Positions 39,284-52,570 are shown, numbered from the whole stretch's first letter. The stretch is DNA of 62,649 nucleotides, filler included, from Choristocarpus tenellus KU-1152 (GCA_964200185.2; 13 parts of 13 records of this genome joined end to end with filler, not necessarily neighbours in it), one strand, 5' to 3'. Translations and numbers: made by a program. Notes: generated by a model from the sequence alone, not told the origin.

Positions 39284-40923
39284 CTTTACAACACCATGAT
39301 TCCTCTTCCTTCGTAGTCTATGTATCATATACAATGCGTTCAATTCAGGTTTTAACAATTGCCAAGGTGGACCTTCAATGAGTTGGTGGTAATTGAGTAG
39401 AGAATGTTGCTTTCTTCGGACGCCTGGATATACATGTGTTAGTTGTAATAATTCAATATCTCTCCCTCAGAGAGGGTGGTCGTTCAAATGTGTAAGGTTC
39501 CAGGATCTGCTGTCGCCTCTTTGACTTCAAATTTGACCATTTTTAAGGCCTTGAATGCTTTCAAAGTCTGAGATAGGAAACATGTTACGATGTTTCCTAC
39601 ATGCGTAAATCTCCATGCTCGTAGTTTGTACGAGGGCGGGAGTATCTCATCTTGTGTAAAACTGTGATGGTAAGTGCTAAATTGTTAAAAGTGTTTCAAA
39701 AGCGAAAGTACACACACACAATTTCTTTCGGGCTCCAAGTATGCCCAAGTACTGCAATGTTACAATCGTTGACATATCCCATTCAGCATGTGCTTTTTTT
39801 CGCCTTTTTTACATCCAAAAAGACCAGGGCAAACGACTCCAGTTAAATTTTGTTTTCATTCTCCTCCTTCGCATGTCATTCTTCCTGTATGTGTTCCGCA
39901 CTTAATACCATGCTTGACGTAAATTGGTCCAACCCACACAAACCGATTCAAGCGGCGACGAAATTCACACCGAGAAATTGTTTATTATACTCAATATTCA
40001 AACAATACTATCAACATTCTTCAACATTTGTTTCTTCACATGTGCTCTGTCGAATAAGACTGGGACAAAGGACACCGTTTCAATGTCGGATCAGTCCCCT
40101 CCTTCCTTGCGTATCATTCATCCTGCGTTTCTACCTCATTTAATAACATGCGTCACTTAAGTCCAACTCTCTCACCCTCAGCACCTAAAACACAATTGAA
40201 TTGCAACCAGAATGTGATTTCTGAAAACACGTTTCACGACAATTTACAACTCTTTCTGCCAGTCACTGCACCCGATCGGAGCACAATGAAGAAATCAATT
40301 CAATCTTTCAGAGAATCTCCACTTTGATTTTGTCCTCTCATCTCATACAAACGATCAGTTAGGTACATCGAAAACACACAAAATTCATTGATTACGATCC
40401 AACTGTCACCGCAAATGCGACACTTTCGAAATTTTCAAGACATGCTACTCTTGGCGATTTGCCTCACTCGTTTGTTCTACAATCACAAAGGACCCTGCTA
40501 CCGATTTGCTTGATACTTTCTTTGGACTAACCTTCAACCTTTCCTGCGACTGTGCTCTAGACGTCATCGCTCACACCCCAAGAGCCCCAAAAAGCGACCA
40601 AATTTCAGTACATCCTCTAAGAACACTACATAAAATCCAAAGGGGTTGAATATATCTAATTTTTGACCACCACCCAACACCTCACCCATTATATGATCAC
40701 CCCAAAAACACCCAAACATTGGATTTTCTGCTGCATTCGAAAATATAAAGGGAAAAAATGAAGACAATAATAGCCTTTAAATCGTAATTTATGTACATCT
40801 TAACAACTTCGAAACACTAAAAACCGCAAGAAAATGAACTCAAAAGTCATAAATCGCCCAAATATTGAAGGCCCCAAATGGACAAACAGGGCAGAAATCG
40901 TACCCTCTTAGATACTTTGGCTC
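39284..40923 (-). mobile_element. Long element sharing the family A terminus; possible decayed autonomous DNA transposon
   Basis: 40870-40923 matches about 53 bp of the family A end and then diverges. There is no second TIR before the contig edge. A stop-riddled reading frame runs inward on the minus strand (about 39900-39560). Confidence 0.5.
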
Positions 40924-42433
40924 TTGACACCAAACATTCGTTTGCCCCACACTTGCCTGGAGCATTGTTGCTCGGAGAGTCTTCAGTGGCGACCAGTAGT
41001 GTGTATCGCTCGTCGTCGCCGCAGCTGGTGGTACTTTCCACAGTAATGTGGGAAGGATTCGCCTCGGTCTTGATCTCTTCCTTCCCAGACTGCACCGTAG
41101 TCAAGAACACCGAAGTGCATGTTGTTGCATCATGGGCACGTCCACCACACTTGGTGCAAATGCGATTTGGGCAAGCTGTCTTTTCATGTCCATGCTTACC
41201 GCATCTGAGTGAAAGTATCTTAGAGGGTACGATTTTTGCCCTGTTTGTCCATATGGGACTTGGCTTTCCACAGGTTTTATGACTTTTTCCTACTCCGATA
41301 TGTTTCGGAGTAGGTAAAATTTGCACGTGATGAAAAGGTGTGTCCGGAACAAGGATATTGACACTTCCTCAAAAACATGATAGTCAAAATTACACCAAAA
41401 TCGGAACATTCGAATTTGACCCCGAAATGGACGCGGCTCTACCCTCTAAGATACTTTGGCTCATCTCTCACAAGGAATCTCCTCGGAACGTTTTGGGTTG
41501 GAATTAGAAGTATTTTTCTTTCTTCTACCATTAAATTTACGTTCGACCCCGCGACCTTGGCCGTTGCGATGAGATTGAATCTTCCCTTGCGATGAGCTGT
41601 TAACGACCACAGCATGGCTGTTCTTTTGTCTTGAGTGCTTTCCCTAATGAAGGGAAGCATATCGCTCTCTAGCAGTTTTCTCTACGTCTGCTCGACATAG
41701 TGTTCTCTGCGAGGCCATCATGCGTATTTCGGTATCGTAATCTGATCCGAGAGCACTCAGGAACTGTAGGAGCAGCAGCTTGTCCGAGATCACCAGATCC
41801 ATTGATAGCATCCTCCCCCGAAGCTCTTCCAGGTGGTTTAAAGTCAGGGTCGGGTTCGCCCCCTTATCAACTTTTACAGTGAAAAACTCACGGAACAAGT
41901 GTTGGCTATTACCCACTGTATTGGGCATGAACAATCATATATTGCTCGGAAAAGCTCGCTTGGACTTTGGTGCGTATAGCACAGTGCCCTGGTGGTGGGT
42001 GCAACGAGAGCAACAGTAAGTGCATGGTAGGCCTCTTCGGTCATCCAGATATCATTCGCACTGAAGCCGTCCGAGAGAAGTTCCTCATAGGAGCGTTCTT
42101 GATTGACTGGTCTTTCACTTGTCAACGCATCCAAACAGTGGGTATATCGGCAATGAACGATGAAACGCCTCTGCCAGTCCCGGTAGTCCGAGTTGTCCAA
42201 TAGCTTCAGTGGTTGGGTTCTCGATCTCTTTGTCGTAGGGCGAACAATATGTGCGCCTGTCCCCAAGCTCTCAGAAGAACCGGACCTCCGGCTTGCTCCA
42301 CTTCTGATGCTCGCAGCATCCAAACTATTTTCCCTCTCTGTGAAATTTTCCCTCAACATGGGTTCCATAGGACCCACTTCGACTGGTACGCCCCCAGCCG
42401 GAGGCCGTGTGCTGGGCACAGCGGCCTGGACGA
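40924..42433 (-). mobile_element. Ty1/copia LTR retrotransposon gag remnant
   Basis: DYRDWQRRF, LFREFFTVKV...LEELRGRMLSMDLVISDKLLLLQFLSALGSDYD (copia gag/UBN2-like) and two CCHC knuckles, CERCGKHGHEKTAC and CTKCGGRAHDATTC. Frameshifted and interrupted by a MITE. Confidence 0.85.
41207..41462 (+). mobile_element. MITE family A, full 256-bp copy, 4-bp TSD ATCT, inside a zinc knuckle
   Basis: atct|gagtgaaagtatcttagagggtac ... ctaccctctaagatactttggctc|atct. Excision plus one TSD restores tgt gag aga tgc ggt aag cat (CERCGKH). Confidence 0.96.
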
Positions 42434-43591
42434 NNNNNNNNNNNNNNNNNNNNNNNNNNNNNNNNNNNNNNNNNNNNTTAATTAATTAANNNNNNNNNNN
42501 NNNNNNNNNNNNNNNNNNNNNNNNNNNNNNNNNGGGGGGAGGGACTTACAAAAATACATGAAGAAAGGGTAGAAGGGTTATTTTTTTTATCTCTTGCTCT
42601 AAAAAGGAATAAAAAAAAACGCGCAATAGCACTAGGGGAGGCAGGGTTGCAGAATGAGGTCGGAGTGATGGTAGGGTTACGGTTTGGATTGACAATATCT
42701 TAGTATCATTTGATTAAAACATCGATTTAGGGTTAGGGTTCGAAATTGAAGAATAATTAACGGTAGGCTTTTTATTTTAGGCGTGTTCCCCGATGACAGT
42801 AACTTCATGCCGAAAAATTCTAAAATATCTGATTTTTCCAACACTTAATTAAAGTAGGAAAGGGCTAGGAACGGATCTATATATTTCTCAAGTTTTGGAA
42901 AAATCGGATATTTTGGAACTTAGAACCCAAAAATTCCAAAAAAATATTTTTTGTCAGTGCTATTTTAATAAAAAGTACAAACAGGATAGGAAAGATATCG
43001 GAAAATATCGAAAATATCGGAAAATCGAGAAATATTTTGCACAAAATAAAAAATTCTCATTACGAAGGGAGCTCAAAGGATCACATTTCCAAGGAATTTG
43101 GCAATCGTACTGAGTCAGGGCACATGCTACAGCCATGGGAGTTACACCACCTTGGAAGGGGGGGTCATGGAGTCTCTCAGGGTCTACCTATGAGTATCTA
43201 GAGGTGTATGCACTGTTAGCATTGCAGAGACCACTTTCACGTAACAACATATTCAATACTAATCTTCTGTTACAGTGATGAACTCTTAAGGGTTAAGGTC
43301 CGCTTCTTATTTTTTGAAGGCATGGGCATGTCCTACCTTGCACAAGTTTAAGGTTAAGGTTAAACAACACACTTGAAGCCTCAAAAGAGTCAAAATCAAA
43401 CCCCCTCTCCTTCGATGGTTCTACTCTGTGTTATCCTCCACCGTGGGCAGTTTGTACCACACTACAGGGTACTGGCATACACACCCACATAAAACCGAAA
43501 ACACTTGTACTTTTAACTACGAAATGAAGGACCTCACCGCATTCACTATTGTGCACTCCCACACGCTCTTAGCACTGATTATACGGCTGCT

Positions 43592-43640
<49 letters not shown>

Positions 43641-43955
43641 AACAGCATCATAGTGCAAACTAATGTAATCTAGTAGTGTGATGATTTGTGACATGTGCAG
43701 TACTTTAATCTCACCAATACAGTAAATCAAACAAAAATACGGAGGTTAAATTATCATCTTGGTTGGCTAGTGGTGGATACTCCTAATAAATTACGCTCCA
43801 GAGTTGCAAATAAATTAAAAATCACCTTCTCTAACTACATACTATTATATACCAAGTTATATACCGTTATATATCAAGTGTAATATTTTTTTTTTAGTTT
43901 TTGTTTGGGCTGGTTCTTACTGGATACCCGGTTGCTGCTCAGTACGTACTACACT

Positions 43956-44209
43956 TCTTAGAGGGTACGAGTTTTGCCCTGTTTGTCCATTTGGGGCTTG
44001 GTTTCCAACGGGGTTTTTATTACATTTTACGTACTCCAAAATTCTTTTGGAGTACGTAAAATGTATACTTCATGAAAAAGTGTGTTCGGAAAAAGCATAT
44101 TGACATCTCCTAACAAACACGATAGCCAAAATTACATCAATATTGCAACATTGAATTTTTGTCACCCAAATGGACTAGGCTCTACCCTAACCCTAAGATA
44201 ATTTGACTC
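43956..44209 (+). mobile_element. MITE family A, left terminus eroded
   Basis: tcttagagggtacgagttttgccctgtttgtccatttgggg ... ctctaccctaaccctaagataatttgactc. Confidence 0.88.
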
Positions 44210-44707
44210 GGAGCCAATCCCCTTTGAATAGCACAGCATATGTATTACAAAATAAGGGAAAGGAAATATGATGAAGCCAGTCAGCATCAAACAAGCAAGC
44301 AAAGGTATGCATAGCGAGAAAACAACACAATGCAGAGCAAATAGTGCCCATTGGCTAATTGTGATGTCTGGGTCACTGCAGTAACTTGGAATTTCAATCA
44401 GTCGAGTATGGCTCCCATTTGGCTCATTTTGAGCAGGCAGCCTCTCCTGTCAGTAAATATACGCTGCTTCCTTATCAGGGATAACTTTCATTGGCTCATT
44501 GCAACATGTAGGCTTTTCTATCAGTCAATACAAGCTGTTTCTTGTCGAGAAGGCTTTTCTATCATTCTTGACGACTTTCGAAGCAAGCCTAGGCTTTCCT
44601 AATGGTCAAACTACTCATCTCTCAGATGAAAATAATTCACATTGGCGCATCATGACATGCAGGCTTTTCTGCTGGTCAACACAAGTTGCTTCTTGACATG
44701 TCCCCCA

Positions 44708-45070
44708 TCACACATTCCCCCCAACACCAATGCCACTCCAGGTCTCACATGATCTACCTCTTCTCCTCCGAGATGTAACTCCCAACGGAAGTGGGCTACT
44801 AGCAATTCCACTATCTTCATCACGGCCCCCATAGCTTCCCTCAGCTCCAGATTCTGCCACAGAGTCAAGAGCTAAGCCCTGAGGATCATCCCCCGCCCGT
44901 GGAGCAATAGTAGATATTTCTTCCAAATCATTCACAGGCGTTCTAACTGAACCCTCATATGATCCACTTTGCAAGTTTCCTAAATCCCCATGGGAAGGAG
45001 TGCCTGAGGGTATAGCAATGCCTGTTGGTTTGGCAGCTCGCCCTTCCTCTTGCTTTGCTCGGTGTATAAG
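44708..45070 (-). CDS. Putative terminal exon of a low-complexity protein
   Basis: cag| acceptor followed by 120 open codons (LIHRAKQEEGRAAKP...GVGGNV*). No homology recognised. Confidence 0.45.
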   Translation of the reverse strand, partial: LIHRAKQEEGRAAKPTGIAIPSGTPSHGDLGNLQSGSYEGSVRTPVNDLEEISTIAPRAGDDPQGLALDSVAESGAEGSYGGRDEDSGIASSPLPLGVTSRRRRGRSCETWSGIGVGGNV

Positions 45071-47100
45071 CTGGGTGCATGCATGTGTGAGTTGATACAT
45101 ACGTTGTTGTGTTGTAGGTGTGCATATGACATGGCGACACGGAGGGAGCAGAGGATAGAGTTTGCAGAGGGCGAGTAAGTATCATCTTTGTACATTCATG
45201 TCTGTCTGTGTCTGAATTTGTGTGAGTGCGTATTTTGACATCGTGCCAAGGAAGGGAACAAAGAAAGAGATTGGGGGGGGGGGAGGGGGGGGGGAGGGGG
45301 GGGGAGGGGAGAGAGAGAAGAAAATAAGAAGTCACAAATGAGCTACAAAGGAGTAAAAANNNNNNNNNNNNNNNNNNNNNNNNNNNNNNNNNNNNNNNNN
45401 NNNTTAATTAATTAANNNNNNNNNNNNNNNNNNNNNNNNNNNNNNNNNNNNNNNNNNNNCGTAGCGTCGTTTTGAGGTCGTTGGAATTGAGTTGTACATC
45501 CTGGAAGGTGAGCATTGAGGGGCGCCTGTAACATATGTTCATTGCCCTTTCTTACAAGCCTACTACGGAGTTAGCTCTCAAGACGAGTAGGCACTAAATT
45601 GGTTTTTCTACTGTTTGTTGTTTTCACAAACAGGTGGAAGGCTAGTAAATACTCCAGTAATCACTTCAAGTTGGATCAAGACGAAAGTCTGTGCATTTTG
45701 AGGTGGGTGGGGGGGATTGATAGAAATGCTGAAATTTCAACACATACACGGCTTGGCTTGGAGTACATGCCCTGTGTTGAAAATCAAGATAAAATCGAAG
45801 GTTGAGCCTATGAGCACAGTGTTGTGAACTTAGAAGAAAATCAGAGGATCAAGGAAGGAGCTATATGTATTATGAGGGCGAGATCAATAGGGCTACAAAA
45901 GCACAGTGTGTCAGTAACAAAGAGGTGATGCAATTCAGTATGGCAGGGACGGGACTTATTTGGATTGTAAAGGGAGATTTGCATACCGGATGGGTTGACA
46001 TTATTGTGACACATATCCCAGTGTTAAATGCACCTGCTTTGATGTATGAATGGACACATAGTGTTTAAGGAGAGTGGAGAGCAATTTCAATTTGAACGCG
46101 AACGCTCTTGCTTTCTCACCTTTATGTTCGATATATACAGTAGGCTCGAGTAAGCTCTGCATTGGTAAAATCTTGAATTTTCCTATATGCAAGCAATTGT
46201 GAAGTTGACAAAAAAATTCTCACCAATTTCAAAGGATGAGCGCCAGGTCTCCCTGGAGTATCTCCACTCCCCGCAAGGCCTATGTACCCTCTCCTCTCTC
46301 TACCTCCAAGCCATATTCCAGTAGACAAGCAATACTGTCTCTGAGTTCCATTGTAAGAAGGAGAAGCGGTTTTTCCTTGTTGAAGAGGGGTGCGTAGTGA
46401 TCAGCTGATCCTTCCCAAGGCCTCTGCCTTGATACCCTTGACAATCTCCTACGAGTAAGAAGTGGCCTAGAATGCCTGACTCAATTCTACGTGTACCCTA
46501 GCCTCATATCTGCTTTCAACCTTGGAAATACGTGTCCCTTTAGGAGGAGAGAAGTGATAGCAGCCTAAGGTCTCGATACTGTTGTTGCAGTGTGGGGGGA
46601 CGGTGACCTATGCTACCTTCCAAAGACAGAATGAAAAAGAAAATGAGCAATTAGATAACAATCAAATGGCATGGAAACAATATTTCTATAATACAACTTC
46701 ATCTTGCCCTGATATCTCGTCAATAATCGACAAACGCCGACAGGGCAAACGTAAGCTACCACTACTACGTTGTACTGCAGTTTATTTTTTGGCTATCGAA
46801 CGAATTGAACCCTCGACTGACTTTTCAGTGTACTGGCTATGTATATTATTCGTAAAATGGTCTGAAGTCGAATAGAGTTGTCCAAAATGTCAGGGAGTGG
46901 TTCACGAGAGAGGGGAATGAGTGAGAGTAGACACTTGCACCGCAGATTCACAACAGAAGACGAAATTTCCACACTGATGTGCACCACTTCATGCCATCGT
47001 ACTCTCGAGGGGAGTGTGTTTCATACCTGCATGTCGAAGTGCACATGGCACCATTGGTAGGCCCAACAAATGGCAGCATGTTGCTCTCTAAATCATAGTC

Positions 47101-47388
47101 TCACACCCATCCCATCAAAAACAGGCGCCGTAGCTCACCCTGTTTCTCCGCGAAGAATTTGAACACGTACCAAGTGGAGCTCCAGGAAGTCGCTGCACTA
47201 CGAAGATTACTACTCCTGCCCTCGCCTCTCTCGCAGTAACCCTGATGAAGGACCCTTCTTCCACGAAGAGCAAATTCCACTCTCCATGCCTCAACAACCA
47301 GATGTAGGCGCAAGCAAAAAGAAACACCAGCAACTGGCAATCGTCCGGCCAACTGCACTCTATAAATCAGCACAACGTGCAATATCAC
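47101..47388 (-). pseudogene. Possible hAT transposase fragment
   Basis: CLRLHLVV and AATSWSSTWYVFKFF loosely match the hAT C..H.LNL.V and TRWNST motifs in the expected order. Confidence 0.35.
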
Positions 47389-50300
47389 CTTAGCATCTAC
47401 CTGTCACTCACCAAAACATCTGGTTGAGTGTACATGGTGTGTCTGAGACTGGGCACCTTAGCAGGTGATCATACTAATAACGAACGGGCAATACCGTCCG
47501 TTTTTCGGTTTGCCAGTCGACAAACTCACAGACGAGGTTGGGGCATAAGAGTGGCACCAGCTGCGTACAGCAAGCACACTTGTTGTTGCCATGCATGTTA
47601 CGAGGTGGGTACTGCTAGGGATTTCTGAGTACACCGACTACAAGTCGTCGTAGTGGTTGACTCTTGTACATCGTAGTCGTGTACATTGTAGGTGGACAAA
47701 TAAGTTCGGGCAGGTAACCATGCAGAGGAGAAATCCTAAACGCGTCTCTTTGCATGGATGTCCCACAACTTCACTTCTGAAGCAAAAAATGGCGACAGCA
47801 TTCCATAATCAGAACAAACCAAACCAAATGAACAAACTGCCACCAACCATGAAGGTGGTGAATAGGCGTGCGCGTACGTGAGCTGGTATAATGGGAGGCA
47901 TATCTCGAAAATACACACTTCCTATAACATAGGTTACAATTCATCCTCCACAATGTCAATAAGTAGATCTACTTACCTCCACCCACATCCTGTTGCAAAC
48001 ACTTCTACACCAGAAAGTACATTATATCTCCTGTGACCTTCTGAAGAACTGGATTAGGGCGGGGTAACTGGTCGTCTATTTTGAAAGCAAGATGATTCTC
48101 TTCTAACGCAGTTGCGCAGTGGTTGTATATATGGTATTATGATGTCATCAAAATCGAAGAGACCTGAAACCGAAGCATTTGATACTGATAATTCAATAAT
48201 TGCATAATCTGTCAATCCAATATCTACAATATTTTTGAATGTAAGGTCTGCACACAAGAGTCATCGAGATATCTTCTACACAAAAAAAGAAAACTATGGG
48301 AATCAATGCAATCGAGGGTAAACCTCAGATCACGACGGCATCATCGTGTTTCCATAATAACCTAAGGAGATAGGTATCGGATTTGGAGGTCGATGTTTCT
48401 TTCGCACGGGATAGCTTCAACAAGGTCGTCTTAAGAACGAGGACTATAGAAATCATCAGGTGGGTGCCCTCTTCCACTGCGAGCTTGTTTCTGTGGGAGG
48501 AGAAGGGGTTTGTGGTTCAGTCTAAGCTCCTGTTGTACTGTATATAAATGTCTTGCGGTGGATGAGCTTAGAAAGATCATAGAGTTTGGGTCATGGCGGT
48601 GATATTTGCGTAGCACAATTGAAAGCAGATGGCTATTGCCAAATACCACTGGGATTGAAATGCTCTGGATTTGGGAGATTTTGTTAGATGCCATTTCTCT
48701 CTATGGGGTCGACGATGCACGAGTCACGGAGGCGAAGGGGGGAAAATGAATAGCCGTACCCCAGTTAGCCGCCGAAGGGCGAATGGCATTCCTTGGGCGA
48801 CACATTTTAATACTCTATTTATGTGAATCGTATCTTTGTGTGGCATGTAGGTTCGCTGTTTTGTGGACCATATTGTTATCTCTCTGTTTGTATCAGTCAG
48901 GACTGGGTATTGAGATATTAGCGTTCAATGAAGGGCGATGGCCTTGACTCTGAAGAGCATGTCCTGCAAGTGGTTCATTTCATACTAGGGGAATTCTAGC
49001 AATTAATGGAACAGATTGATACGGAATGGGCAGGCCTTTTTGTGTTGTCGATTTCATGGTTTATGCTGGACTGAAATTCCCTTAGTCATCTGTACAAGGT
49101 TTGACATCATTTGGAAGTGCTGGAGGGGTTCTCGCTCCACGTGTTACCTACATTTGGTGGGGTGGGACGACTATGGGTAGTGTGGCCAATCGAAGAGATG
49201 CACATACCCCCTCGTTGCACAATTTTACGCCTTGACAGTGTGATTGCGATGATTTCCAGGGAAATCGCACTAGAACCGAGAATACGAAAACATTTTTTCT
49301 AGCGTATGGACGTCACGCGAAGGCCTAGACTATGAGACACATGAGGCATTTAACAGCCTCCAGCTTGAGTCATATCCAGGCTCCAGTGCCTATTGTTAAG
49401 TGGGTCTCCTTAGCTGTTCTTTATTTATGCCTGACTCAAAAGTGTTTATATTTTTGGAATCCTTCTCTTTTTTTTGGTTGATTGATCGAGGAAATTTTTT
49501 ATTGTGTGTTGCACCATATGCGTGACATGCTTGAAAAGGACAGTGCGTTCACGTCGATCCAGGTTTAAACATGAAAGAGGTTACGATTGAGATTGTCACT
49601 GCCCCATCCTTCCTTTTTCTCACTGTGTAAAACATGGGTTCAATTGTTGTCCAGTGGCACTACAACAGTGCCCTGTCCGTCTGCCTTTGGTAGGCTTGCT
49701 CTGCATGTAGCAACACCATCCAAGCAAGGAATAGTTTGGTTGTCTCTGCTTGGGGTAAGTCATCCGCATTACTGCAGTGAAAGCAAGAACCTATCTTTTG
49801 ATCTTGTGATAGTACAATGTACCTCTAAGTTACTCACTAACTCTGGGTTTTGTGCGATGACCATCAATCTGTTGTGGTACATGGAAAACTCAAACGAGCT
49901 AAATATTTTCAAGTCTTTGAGCAACAAAAGGCTATTTGTTGCAGCACTCATGAGTTCAATGCCTTGATTGTTGAACTATCAATATCAGAAGTCATGCATG
50001 ATGTACTCCTTGTAATGCAGAAAGAAATGTTGCACTTGGAGTACACAGCCTAGTGTAAAATACATTCTCACACATTAACAACCCCCCCGGTGAGAAGTAG
50101 CCCCAGCTCATTATCACATTCAGTTATTCTGTCTACCGACATGAAGTTGGAATCGTGAAAACCTCACCCCCTGGCGCCTATCTAGCTATGGAGCAAGTAT
50201 GCTCTTCTTGTCATGCTGGTTTCAAAGTTTGAAATACTCGAGTGTGTTCCTTCGAGCTTTTTTTTTTTTTTTAATAAATCGTTCTTTGCATGCGAATCGA

Positions 50301-51356
50301 ACGCTTGCTGTAAAAATAAAATAGATTCGGTGATGTTACATGTTAATGCGACATTATTTATTATTATTATTTCTGTTGATATTGTGTATCTTGGAGTACT
50401 TGGTAGAAAGTACTACGTTATGAATGCCAGCCACTCCAGACCAAATTGCTAGTACGATTCATACAAAATATCAGCCCGCACTGAATTTGCAACTTCCAAG
50501 AAAATACCGCTGTCTTATTTCTCCCTTCTTTAGGGCATGGATGACCTAGAGCACATTAGTGTTCACTTGTGAAGTGAGAGAGAGAGTTGGGTACCAAAGG
50601 GAATTTTTCTATTTTTCTATTTCCTCTCCGCTCTTTTTTTTTTTTTTTCTCTCTCTCTTAGCTTTTAGCAAATGTCGTCTTTTCAAGGAGGCTATTTTTG
50701 GAGGCAAATCGATGTCGGAATGTAGGATCATTCAGCTTTTGCACTGCTTGTCTGAGTACGTGCATCTGTCTTCTCACTGTTTTGAAACGATTTCTGCTGT
50801 CAATGTCATTGCTATTGATAAAATACTTTTATTTATCAATACTATATTCTATATTATTTTCGGTGTCTTTTAAAAAAAACAACTCTTGAGTGCATAATTC
50901 TTCTTCTATTGTTTTCCGTGAAAATTGCACACTTTAAGAGTGTTCGAATGGTTCTCTTGCACGATATTGTATCAAGAGTCGTTTACATGACAGTGTGTCA
51001 CACTTCAGCTCCATTCAACCATTTTTTTTGCTTGAAAGTATTCATTGTGTCTGTACTTTGAATTTGAAGTATGTGGTGAAATAGAATACTCTACTATTGA
51101 AAGCTGAGTGTGCATGCATGTATGTGAGTCGTGTGAAACGAAACGATTTACCTCTGCTGGAAACCCAAAAAATATTGTAAGAAATATACAGTTTAGTTGA
51201 CTTCCTGACACCCTGACAGCTGGGAACTGACTCCTTGGCACCCCTGATCTATGCTATGCACTGTGAGTAGTCAGCTGGTACGATGGATGCAATTCTCTAT
51301 TTCTTGTTATCTAAGGCAGCAGCTGCTTTTGTAGGTACCGGGCGCATTCACCTCGA

Positions 51357-51432
51357 GAAAATTACTAGAAAATTATTCGAAATAAATTATTAGAAGATTA
51401 TTGGAAAGAAAATTGTGAGAAAATTATTAGAA
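51357..51432. repeat. Degenerate 11-bp tandem repeat (GAAAATTATTA)
   Basis: gaaaattacta gaaaattattc ... gaagattattg ... gaaaattgtga gaaaattatta. Confidence 0.75.
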
Positions 51433-52485
51433 AGCGAATCACCTCTTGGGTAGAGATCTTTCTTTTTGTTAAAAAGATCTGTGTTGAGATCTTTTACTTG
51501 GAGTGCGGGTTTTGCACATTAGGTTTACTGTATTTTCATTTCAGCGTTTTGTTTTTCAATGTGTTCCTATTCTGTTGCCTTGGTTGCAAATGATTGTACT
51601 TCTTGCCAACACCTGGCAATCGTAGGAACAAGAATTATAGGAACAGTAATATTTCAGGAACAATAACGTGTTACGGGAGCAATACGGTACTACTATGTTT
51701 GTGATGATCGTAGGGGCGATTGAATGACAACCTCAATACCTTTTCAAAGATGTTGGATGTTACAAAGTTAGTGATACTAATTGTGGATTGATTCGAACAC
51801 CACATCCAAAGGTATATATATATATGTATAGGTATATTTATATTTATAATTAAATATATATTTATCTCTTTATGAGGTTGGTCGGTAGTCGGGTGTTTTC
51901 AAAATATGATAAGACAATTTGAATTTTTAGAAAAAGAAGATGATATATATAAAATAGATTTGTACTTATTTTAATTTTTTTGAGGTTTGCAAGTTTGTGT
52001 TTTTCGGATCGAAAGGGTCTGTGAAGTGGTTTTTAAGTTACACAGATTTTTTTTTTTTTGATTTTTTTTTAAATTATTATTATTATTATTATTATTTTTT
52101 TAACGTGGTCGACGAAATTGATTGAAAATTGTGAGCGCTTCAAAGGGTTGGTGTGAGGAACTGAAGGCCGAGGTGAATGACCTGCGAAGTCTGGGTTAGA
52201 TGACATAGAGCGCTTGCAGCGGTAGAGGTGGTTTGATTGGTCAAGAGGGTTTGATTGTAATCCTGATTTTTCTTTTTCTTTTTTTGTCTTAGATCGGTCG
52301 GTCGGTTTGAAGAACCGTAGTGAGAATGTAACGCTGTGTTCGTTGTCCTGTTGCCTAAAGTAAAGTGTCAATTTGAGGTATATACCTTCTTTTTTTCTCG
52401 AAGATTTCTATCCTTTGCTTGGTTTTATCAACTTTCTCACTGCTGTGGACCATCTCGAGGACCTCTCGTCACGGTAGTAGTACCC

Positions 52486-52570
52486 TAACTGTCCCCTCAC
52501 TGTCACGTAACTGTCCCGTAACTGTCATGTAACTGTCACGTAACTGTCACGTAATTGTATGCAATTGTTG
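52486..52570. repeat. 11-bp tandem repeat (TAACTGTCACG), about 7 copies
   Basis: taactgtcccc tcactgtcacg taactgtcccg taactgtcatg taactgtcacg taactgtcacg taattgtatgc. Confidence 0.9.

Noticed and set aside
48054-50053. Short ORFs as endogenous viral genes
   Set aside because: No viral hallmark motif recognised and the frames are stop-riddled.
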